DNA of 64,000 nucleotides from Paraspadella gotoi (taxonomy: Eukaryota; Animalia; Chaetognatha): positions 8,812,772-8,876,771 of the forward strand of contig CM119265.1 of assembly GCA_051294375.1 (NCBI GenBank). The letters run 5' to 3'. This document shows positions 32,301-40,443 of this stretch, one piece after another; the stretch's first letter is position 1, and each line of letters starts with the position of its first letter. The notes under the pieces are model-generated. The model was not told the origin of the DNA and did no database searches. It worked only from the letters and a program-made list of their open reading frames with translations. The position numbers and the translations under genes were made by a program.

Positions 32301-34067
32301 TATCGCGATTGTTCCAGCCTTGATTCCGAAGACTATTCTTCCCAATTCGATGGCATGCTCATGAGAATTAACAACATTTATAACTTGTCTAAAATGATAC
32401 CCTCCATATCTGATAGTTGCTTTGCTGCTTTTCAAGCTCCCGCGATGGATTTTCAAATGCAGGCAAACCAAGAAAACGATCAAGACTTTGTTATGATTGG
32501 AAATTCTTGTAACAAACTTTCTGCTGATGAGATGTTCGAATCATATGAATCATTAATTCAAGGAGATTGTCAAGAGCACATTGCAAAATGTTATCGTAGT
32601 TTACAAAAGCTTTTGGCGTTCAGGACGATTGAGTACGTTAATTTTTTGATGCCCTATCTTTTGTCCGATTCGTATCTCAGTACCATTGAACGACGTCTCA
32701 TGCACCTTACAAATTATCTAAAAATGGTGTACGAAAACTTGAAAATTAAACTTTACCCCGAATGTTTCTCCGATTTTTTCGTCGAATTGTGGAAACAAAT
32801 TTCATATAGCTTTGAAAATATTATATCAGAAATGTTAGCCATGAATCGAACCTACCCAGGTGATGGTGCCGAAACATTACTCCAGTCCATTTCATATTTG
32901 GTAAAATTTATGAAAAGCTTAGAAGACACGGGTCTGGAACTTGATTTTCTAACCTCAACAATGGATGATAACGTGTTTTTCCTCAGTTTAATGACGTCAC
33001 CCACTCATCAATTGATTATTTTGTATTTGGCCATGGCCGATGTTGACATGTACTCTCAAGCATTGGGACCAAGCCAGGACGACACCCCCAACCGGCCGTC
33101 GATCTTTACTCCCGAATTGCCCTGCAGTCCGGAATACGTGCTGCACATGGCGATTTCGTTGCATCAATTCAGAAAATGCTTCTCCGGGCGACAAATGATC
33201 AACTGGGTCTGCCTCCATCCACTCGAGTCCGAAGTTGTCCGCGAACAATTGGAACCGGGAGAACGAAGATTTGCGAAAAACCTTTGTCAGCGTTTGTTAG
33301 ACTTTTCGGTGATTAAAGTCCTTCCGTATTCGGCGAGTAGGAAACCATCTTCGGAAGGCGCGGATTATGGCGCTTTCGCCCAGGCTTATCCTCAAGTAAA
33401 AGTCGTGTCCTGTGATATGGTGAGTCGCGGTTTCGAAGATACATACGAGTTGGACCCACCTGTCGCTTCTCTAAAGGTCGATCCCAAGTCCGTTCTCGAA
33501 AAGCAAGAGACGGAAATGACGAAAGAGGCGAGAGAGTGTCACGGTGACTACACTCCCTCATCCCCGTCACGATCCACAACGGAGAGCGACTCGAGCCACT
33601 CGGCTCTCAACCTCGATTCCATTCAGGACAGGGACGACGTCTTCTACCGCTTTAGCTGTCACACCTATGAAGATGAGGAGCTCAATTTGTTGGTGGAGAG
33701 CGAAACCGACTATCGCTTCCTTAGCGACTCAGATCAAATTTTGGACAAGATTCGAGACAGGTACCAGGGACAAGGCGAAGGCGGCACGTCTACTAGCGTG
33801 GAGAGAGCCGCCGCAGCGGGATCCATTAAATTGGAGAAGTGCATTTCGAAGGGGATCACCCTCGAAGCGCTCTTGGAGCTAATCTGCGAGCGCGCCCTAT
33901 TGGGGGATAGTTTGGCGAAGAGGTTTCTTCGTACCATGGGTCCCGAAAGTAAACAGAACGCTCAAAGGGCGTTGGAAAAATTGGAAAAGAACTGGAAAGC
34001 TCGAAAGGAGGTTTCCCGAAAAGGACTCTTCTGTTTTCTTTGCCCTCAGCTAGCCGATCAATCGTAA
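29373..34067 (+). CDS. Intronless ~1564-aa protein with Munc13-homology (MUN)-like segments and a C-terminal DEP-like domain
   Basis: A single 4.7-kb ORF (first ATG at 29373). LQEFSLRYGI resembles Munc13 VDEFAMRYGV. RLMHLTNYL...LYPECFSDFFVELWKQI and SPTHQLI resemble MHD2. FRKCFSGRQMINWV...AKNLCQRLLDFSVI resembles DEP. The ORF is certain; the domain calls were made by eye. Confidence 0.75.
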   Translation: MLVLRPPVLSCLREADAFAWLHGGVEGISGDRGVDDAPVLIGVSFLRHSPFLQTIYSHFSELEARKCKVKLAPSQPAATHAVVPLINEDDHSECFWRGVEDVGGVALDPCRRLSEVEWGLFRHAYMAVSYPILGRPQPPSASQSPTDEVIKSSESADEDGGVSGHGKRPDVPYNEEADSVAAIPEETLIDLLRSVFAMSSESFLLHRQKLYEKIGRKTTCKILAEELCNRLFVLENNRHPFYSPGAFLSRNAYDQWQQRERIHITSLFQLFWYQALPSLRNCVPAKLASKHDEYAKLLNMLMKFEQPLDVRRRDNPYSGGRLVRSCLLSSAAQRMLQEFSLRYGIGETYCRLVYLEHLVGQYGTDLWFLQHLGRCVSLFLDRFPSHSSRAIITKSEYEKCVGIVRSLLGDYLPKTFLKLRLFFPENKPKGGVPLLITLVSLSMKMDCFVKNESFSHEALKEFLTERLELTVEYEYRNIRKSTVDQLGRNDSGKIYDAITLNAFLGQMESLAREFDVCYRGEFSPFFDLHLLTCSKLYDLFMDDVCNFATRSLQRLDPRAIDLQIVGLCFKLNQLDEDWSHFIRQDQQRWRKPFFHLMFQWTKVLRFHAIGLILEGLEHDQYKCLEIHPSSLLAQDDSNSLRGRSQFVVSHGSAFTLVNQSKQLMYTPPPPRTPSLAVVTPSLVEQNEEFGPLQNRLPPLTLLNPQKLGSRSESALSVSSSGSENVNMIQFTSRSRGSAFASPQPQEAKYSQSFPKTSESVLLKPVALETRSLVNVGLILDESDNESNQSTPRAVSPELERLNCETKEDEIASFRPLQSLPERQQSVWSNPFISMASIPIDDDLHDILKSNEEIRVQVSSTLVDVYILCLRLINASETFAKSVCPISEALKDNEFFKTIGIERLKMRRNLYLALSQGLSKVIQVYANNLVCMDLCGMNAEEASKLIGKFMVDLLRDEFKSSRIWGCRHDLDFKRTNHYRDCSSLDSEDYSSQFDGMLMRINNIYNLSKMIPSISDSCFAAFQAPAMDFQMQANQENDQDFVMIGNSCNKLSADEMFESYESLIQGDCQEHIAKCYRSLQKLLAFRTIEYVNFLMPYLLSDSYLSTIERRLMHLTNYLKMVYENLKIKLYPECFSDFFVELWKQISYSFENIISEMLAMNRTYPGDGAETLLQSISYLVKFMKSLEDTGLELDFLTSTMDDNVFFLSLMTSPTHQLIILYLAMADVDMYSQALGPSQDDTPNRPSIFTPELPCSPEYVLHMAISLHQFRKCFSGRQMINWVCLHPLESEVVREQLEPGERRFAKNLCQRLLDFSVIKVLPYSASRKPSSEGADYGAFAQAYPQVKVVSCDMVSRGFEDTYELDPPVASLKVDPKSVLEKQETEMTKEARECHGDYTPSSPSRSTTESDSSHSALNLDSIQDRDDVFYRFSCHTYEDEELNLLVESETDYRFLSDSDQILDKIRDRYQGQGEGGTSTSVERAAAAGSIKLEKCISKGITLEALLELICERALLGDSLAKRFLRTMGPESKQNAQRALEKLEKNWKARKEVSRKGLFCFLCPQLADQS

Positions 34068-34372
34068 TATCTGTGATAAAAAGTAAAATTTTATTTTATA
34101 TCTTTGATCTTTAAAGGTGCAATGTGATTATTTTTTGCCGTTATGATATTCTGCGATTTTATCAAAGTTGGGCATATCGTTTTTTATTCACGAAAACTTG
34201 AAAGGTTACGTTATCCGTCCGCAACCCTTTCGATTTTTCATTAATTTCATGGCTAAAATTCACGCTTTGTTTTTCCTACGACTTTTACCGAATTTTCTTT
34301 ATTTATTTTTTTCAATATTCAGTATGTTTTTTGGGGGATAAAACTTTAGAAGAATTTCGTCCCCGTTTCGCT

Positions 34373-34687
34373 ATGGCGTCGGCGGCGAGGTCCATCCAAG
34401 CCGTGAAACCCCACGTCCGAATGATTAGCTTCCCCCAAAGGAGCGGGAGGCAATTGAAATGGACAGGACAAAACGTGGCTCCGCCCGCGGCGTCGATAGG
34501 GTCGACCTCGTCGGGAGGAGGACCTTACGCCGGAGACTCTCTTCCGGATCCCCCCTGGCCGCAGGTCGGCGTCCAACCCAGAGGCTCCGGCATACCCTAC
34601 TCCGACATTCCCCTCAAATATCAGAGAAAACAATTGAGCGACGCGGAAATCGACGCCATCTTGTCGGGCGGAGCCGACAAGCATTGA
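34373..34687 (+). CDS. MRPS36: Alpha-ketoglutarate dehydrogenase component 4 (KGD4/MRPS36)
   Basis: MASAARSIQAVKPHVRMISFPQR...IPLKYQRKQLSDAEIDAILSGGA contains the family's N-terminal VKPH.P.I.FP and C-terminal P.KY.R..LS..EI..I..GG motifs. Confidence 0.92.
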   Translation: MASAARSIQAVKPHVRMISFPQRSGRQLKWTGQNVAPPAASIGSTSSGGGPYAGDSLPDPPWPQVGVQPRGSGIPYSDIPLKYQRKQLSDAEIDAILSGGADKH

Positions 34688-34926
34688 AAATTCTGGAGTG
34701 AAGTGAATCGCCGCGGCGACTGTGTGTTGACACGTGAATATATATATCTTTAGTATATATTTATTTGCCGACTTTTTCGCGATGTTTATTATCGCCCGGT
34801 CCAAAAGTATCCGTACATTCATTGTCCTGCTCTTGGGATTCGAGATTGCGAAACTAAATTTTTTTTTTTTTTTATGTTTTTCTTATGAATTCGGTCTCTC
34901 AGTTTTAGCGATTTAATTAGACGAAA

Positions 34927-35332
34927 ATGTCGGTGCCGCCAAAGGGAGGGGACGTTATGCTGACGCCATGGGGAAGATTCGCTAAATACCAACAATTTCC
35001 CTGGGGAAAGTTGTAAGTAATTTTTGTTAATTAATGAATTATTTCATGTTTTGCGTCATGTGGTTTCTCTGACCTTTATTCAGAATGGAAAAGTCGGTGT
35101 TATCGAAGTACATGCTTATCGCAACGGGCTTAATTGCCGGTCCAATGTTCTACAAGTTGTATTACATCTGTAACTCTCCTGGTTAGTTTGAGACCAGCTA
35201 TACTTACAACACATGAAATTAATTACTGGAGGGGAAATTATATTTACTTGTTATTATATTTTTTTAGCGGCCGAGGAAGGATGGAAGGAGAGAAGGAAAG
35301 AATACTACGAACCTCACCACGTGAAGTGGTGA
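34927..35332 (+). CDS. 82-aa single-TM microprotein resembling the invertebrate roh/CG30415 family; 3 exons; not in the ORF track
   Basis: Exons 34927-35012, 35084-35181 and 35268-35332 (GT-AG, phases consistent) give MSVPPKGGDVMLTPWGRFAKYQQFPWGKLMEKSVLSKYMLIATGLIAGPMFYKLYYICNSPAAEEGWKERRKEYYEPHHVKW*. The AK..QFP / P.FYK....NSP....W...HH pattern is recalled from insect roh proteins. Confidence 0.75.
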
Positions 35333-35653
35333 AACCTTGTCTGCCCTCACGAAACTTTGTTGCTGTGTGAACGTTCACAAATGAAAACAAAAATTAAAAC
35401 TTCATCTCGTGCATACGATGATTTTTTTTTTTTTTTTGTGGGAATGGGGAAATTGTCGGAGTTTAGAAAGTTTTTTTTTTTTTGACTTTCGATGTTTTAT
35501 TTATATTTGTTTAAAAAACTTATATGGGTTTATCGAAATTTTTTAATCTCGTTTTTGTTATACTTAAAATGGGATCTTGAATCATTAAAAACATAAAAGA
35601 TTTGTTTTTTCCTCTGACCGTCAAGAAAACAAAAAAAATATTGGATTTGCAAC

Positions 35654-36050
35654 ATGGCATTGGGAATGCAGTCGTTGCGACTCGTCGCACGCAATGCGTT
35701 CACGAACGCGAATAGGAGGGCTTTGCACGTTCACACTGAAGGTATGACGTTTCATTTGTTTCATCTATGGGAATTGGGAATTGAATAGTATTGATAATTA
35801 GTTTTTTAATTTTCATAATCATAATAAGCATAATATAAGGGGTTTGTGAGAAAAAGGAATAAAAGCTAAAAAATATATAGTAACCGAGAATATTCGTTTA
35901 TAACTCCCACCAGGTATCCCGTGTTCGACGCTCCCTTTCCGAACGGATAATAAGTGGCGCCTCCTGGGGTTAATGGTCGCGTATTTCGGATCCGCCTTCT
36001 CCACACCCTTCCTTATGGTCAGGTTTCAGCTTAAGAAGAAGGCCGGGTAA
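35654..36050 (+). CDS. COX7C: Cytochrome c oxidase subunit 7C; 2 exons; not in the ORF track
   Basis: Exons 35654-35741 and 35914-36050 give [74 protein letters not shown], with the COX7C signature LPF...NKWRLL..M..YFGSAF..PF..VR.QL.K. Confidence 0.95.
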
Positions 36051-36374
36051 ATTTCGGCGAAGCTGGCGGTGGAAACGACGGACTGTCTGCGAAGAATTGA
36101 TGGAAACTTTTCAGCGTTGGCGACCTTTTCAAGGGATTTGGCAAAAGCGATATTATTCTTTCTTTCGCTATTTAGAATTAAAAAATAATTTACATGTATA
36201 TACTTAATTATTAATTAACCTTTATTTGAAAATTTTGAAAGGGCAGTAGTCCGTCAGTTTTGTATCATGTAAATGACTTTCTTCAAAATGTGCGCAGGTC
36301 TTAAAGCGGGGGACGCCGTAACGTTCCAGTGTTATAAGATAGAAAAAAAAAACCGTTTGAAAGAAACGAATAAA

Positions 36375-36692
36375 ATGGGGCTTCAAAAAGACGACGACCC
36401 GGCGGAAATCGAAGACGGCTCGGAGGAGCGGGAGGAGCCCGAGGAGGAGGCGGCCGAGGAAGAAGAGGAGGAAGAAGAGGAAGACCTAGTCGATCCCCGA
36501 GACGCTTTGAAGGAAAAGTGCGCCAAGACGCCCAAGTGCCAAGAGTTGGCCAACGTGTTGAGCTCGTGCAACACGCGAGTGGACGGCGGAAGGGTCGCTT
36601 TCGAGGGGGAAACCTGCACTGAGGAACTCCTTAACTTTTTGCACTGCGTCGATCACTGCGTCGCGCCTCAGTTGTTCAAGATTCTCAAGTAA
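36375..36692 (+). CDS. UQCRH: Cytochrome b-c1 complex hinge subunit (QCR6)
   Basis: Acidic N-terminus followed by DLVDPRDALKEKC...C...L..C..RV...ETCTEELLNFLHCVDHCVAPQLFKILK. Confidence 0.95.
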   Translation: MGLQKDDDPAEIEDGSEEREEPEEEAAEEEEEEEEEDLVDPRDALKEKCAKTPKCQELANVLSSCNTRVDGGRVAFEGETCTEELLNFLHCVDHCVAPQLFKILK

Positions 36693-37032
36693 GGCAAGTC
36701 ATACAATCGCGAGCCCCGTTACCTTTTGAACGAAGGAAGGGCGACGAAGATAATAGTGCGGGAGTCTTCGATAATCGATAGACGATTCTCGATTACTGCA
36801 TCATCAATTTTGATCGACTGAATTGTTTCATATTTTGTGAAATTTGTGGAGTTTGTTTTCGATTAGGAACCGTTAGCATTTAATGATTTACTTTGTCGAG
36901 AGAAATTTTTTAAAAATCTTCATAATCCTTACTTCCATGGCAGATGATGGTCCGTATTAATTAATTGTCATCGCATCGCAGTGTCTCTTAATTTAAAAAA
37001 AAAGCTGTTAAAAATCAGAAAAACGTGATGCT

Positions 37033-37299
37033 ATGCCTACGGACGTGTCGGGCTATTCGGTGGAGCAGAGCGAATCTATCAAAATCCTCCTCTTTAACAT
37101 CATCTTTCTCTCCACGCTGTTGTCATCCTTCGCTTTTTTCGTGCTCATCATCTTTAACACCAACTCTGTGCTGCAGATGTTCTTCGCCGTCACTAGACTG
37201 CTGGTTATCAGCATCATGCTCACGATAATGTTGATCAGTCACCACCTCGTCAAGTGGGTTCTTGACGTGACCGAAATGCCCAAGCTCTTCGTCGAATGA
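37033..37299 (+). CDS. Unknown 88-aa protein with two predicted TM helices
   Basis: ORF with coding-like C-ending codon bias between AT-rich spacers, and two hydrophobic stretches. No family recognised. Confidence 0.6.
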   Translation: MPTDVSGYSVEQSESIKILLFNIIFLSTLLSSFAFFVLIIFNTNSVLQMFFAVTRLLVISIMLTIMLISHHLVKWVLDVTEMPKLFVE

Positions 37300-37407
37300 A
37301 GCTACTCTGCGTTTTTCGGACAAAGAGGCGACGTTTAAAACTTTAGAAAAACCTACGTCTTTGGGCCTTTGACTCAACTCCGCCTTTATCATTCCTTTCT
37401 CCGAAGT

Positions 37408-40261
37408 ATGAGTTCCCGACCGTCAAGGAGGTCGTCTGTGGAATCGCCGGCCATGACTTTTGCCTCCAAGTATCCCGGCGGCGCGAGACAAACTTCCCGC
37501 GAAGACTCGTATTCGTTTTTCCGGTCTGCCGTTCTCACGGCCTGGGACAACATAATGGGGCCCAAAGCACTCTCCCGGTGGTCCTTGCCCAAAGAGGGAA
37601 AGACGAAGCTGGAGGATAGTTTTAAGCTGCCGGGTAAGAAAAAAAATTCAAAACTGAAAGTTCAAAAATTTACTCTCGAATAATTAATAAGAAAATTTAG
37701 GAGGAATTCATTCTTTTATTGATCTTTGATGTTATAATAATTGATAATTAGTATTTTTCTCTAGACAATTCAGCTTTGTTTAATAAGTGTTCAAATTTTA
37801 ATTTGTAATTGTGACGTATCACAAAAAATATTTTTTCTCATTTTTAATATACATGTAATATGTTATATTTGAATATCGTTATTTTGATTTTTACGCACAG
37901 AAACCAACGAGTTTCTTCGATTCATCGCCAATCACACGCTAAACGGCGAAATCTGTCGTGATTTTTCTGGCGGCGACATCGACGTTAAAGTTTCCACTTT
38001 TTGCCTCAACGAAGAGCATGGTTATTACATAATCGGCATAATTTTACTTTGGCCCACTGGGGTTAGCGGTAGCCGACCAAATACAAATTTTAATGGGAAC
38101 AGTATTAAACTAATCCATTATTGGTATTAATTATTGTGTTAAAATATTTTTTTGCAAAAATGTTCCGAACCATGAGTAATTTAAAATATTATATTTTTAT
38201 ATATTTTAAGTTTTTTAATTGATTCTAATAGAGCTCAAAAAGTTAAGCAAAAATGTAATTACAACCTTTTAAAATTTTAATGTTTTATTACTGAAAATTA
38301 GTAAAAACTGTTAAAATTATCTGATGATGATGATTTTTTAAAGTTTTTCCCAATTTTAACCCAATAAATAAAAATTAAATAAATAATTATTAGTGCTTCT
38401 AGCCATTTTAGAAAATTTTGGTCCATTGAAAGTTTTCTCAAAAATGTATGAAGTTTCATTTGGGAAGGTTTCCAAATCAAACTTCTGACCCACCCCATTG
38501 ACAAAGATTGGCCCTACTGGGGTTAAATCTGTTTATAAGTATTTTACTAAAAATTTAGAGAGAAAACAAAAGTTTCTTTGTTTACAAACAACGGGATTTT
38601 TTATTTAAAAAAAAAAACCGGACATTTTTTAATTATTATTAAAATTAGAGTCGAAACGTCCTTTTTTTAATAAAAAAGCCCTTTGTTTGTAAACAAACTT
38701 TCTCTCTCCAACTAAAAACGCAACGAAAAGAAAGTCTTAACACAATAACTAAAAATTTAATGATATTATTGTATTCGACAGGCGGAACTCGTAACGTAGC
38801 TTCGTCCACCTTTGTGTTCGGCGCCGCAGGAGAAGACGGCGCCGACGCCGTTCATTCTCTGGCGCTGCTCTTCGACGCCGAAAAACTTGAGGCCTACTTC
38901 GTCATTCACGATCAAATTTCCGAAAGGTGTGGACTATGGAGCTTGGAAAAATAGATTTATATTATACTTCTGTTAGAATGAAAAAGTTTGTTTAAAAACG
39001 AGATTTATTTTTCAAATGAAACATGTCCATCTGTAAACTCGTTGTTTGTAAACAAAAACAAACTTTCTCTTTTAATTTTAAGCGAAACAAATTTGGAAAC
39101 CCTTTTGTCTACAATGTCAGTCAATGTCAATACTTATGTTGTATTGTTGTTTCTATTATACCATCATCCTCAGAATCAAGCGCTTCGTCGCAAAATACCG
39201 CGTCCTTCGCGAACGCCCTCAATTGCGCGGCACCGCCCTAGACACTCTGACCAACGACGTGGGCCGGCTCCAGGACTTCGTGACTCACTGGCGCCGCGCG
39301 GGTCTTCACTCTCGCGTCGCTTGTGAGGAGACGTACTTCGGGCGGCATCACGCCATCGACGAAGCATTCCTGCGAAAGGCCGTTGTCTCACACCTGGCGA
39401 CGGGCGGCTGTTCGGTCGTCGTCGGGCGCTGTCCGCACAAGGCGAACCTTATGATCGGTATTAAGTTATAATTCAATAAGGCTCTTTGGCTTTGACTTTG
39501 CTTTTCGATTGTTTATTGTATTTCCATACCGTAACTTTTTCTTCTCAGGAACTTTGGCCATCCTTCTTCAACCTCACGAGCGTCGCTGTTGCACTTACCT
39601 TCAGCCCACCCGCTATTTTCCCGGCCTCCAAGTCCAGGGTATCCTCAAAGACTCGGTGGAGTGCGGTGGAGCGTTGACCCAAGACCTGCTGCTTTCCGCC
39701 CCGACGCCGACGACGATCGTGGACATCGACGACTTTCGCATCCTCCGCTCCTCCTCAATCCTCAAACACTCACGCCGTCGCCGCGAGATGCTCAAGCGCG
39801 AGTTGGAGCAGCTCCACGGCGTCGCCCCGCACCTGTTCGAGGAAACGTCTCGGCTGACGATCTTCGACGACAAGTTTGAGAATTTCTCCTTCGACGAAAC
39901 CATCGTTAACGACTTTTTCGCGGGATTGCGACGAATCCGTGAGGAGGCTCCGGCCCCCGACGGCGGAGACAACGACTCCGACGAGAAGATTGAGGACGCA
40001 GTGGTCGGCTTTAGGCGGGGACTCGTGCAACAGGCGCGCGATCTTGTCGACGTCGTTGACGGAACTCTTAAAAACCTCGACGTGGCCACGAGCCTCTCCA
40101 GCGGTGATCCCGTCTCCAAGTTCCTTGAGGCCCGGGGACTAAACCCAAAAGGCGACCTTTCCATCTTGATCTCCACGGCTGAGCGCTTAAGTCCGGGATT
40201 TTGTGAAGTCTTTGACGCCTCATTCGGGGCTTTTTTTGCCAGGCGAAATCGTTCCAAGTAG
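37408..40261 (+). CDS. C9orf72: C9orf72 homolog (DENN-like), 5 exons
   Basis: Exons ~37408-37633 (AWDNIMGPK), ~37901-38019 (FIANHTLNGEICR...IDVK), ~38782-38926, ~39174-39457 (FLRKAVVSHLATGGCSVVVG...KANLMI) and ~39550-40261 (TLAILLQPHERRC...YFPGLQVQGILKDS...AERLSPG). Confidence 0.92.
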
Positions 40262-40344
40262 CTAATTTTTTAGTTCCTTTTATTGTTTTTTGGGTTTATT
40301 TTGGTTTATTTTGGAGCAAACCGCCTAAAATAAATTATTAATCA

Positions 40345-40346
<2 letters not shown>

Positions 40347-40430
<84 letters not shown>

Positions 40431-40443
40431 TTCTTTCTCTCTC
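40347..40443. repeat. (CT)n microsatellite; similar tracts at ~44202-44299, ~47632-47740 and ~59540-59576
   Basis: Direct dinucleotide runs. Confidence 0.95.
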
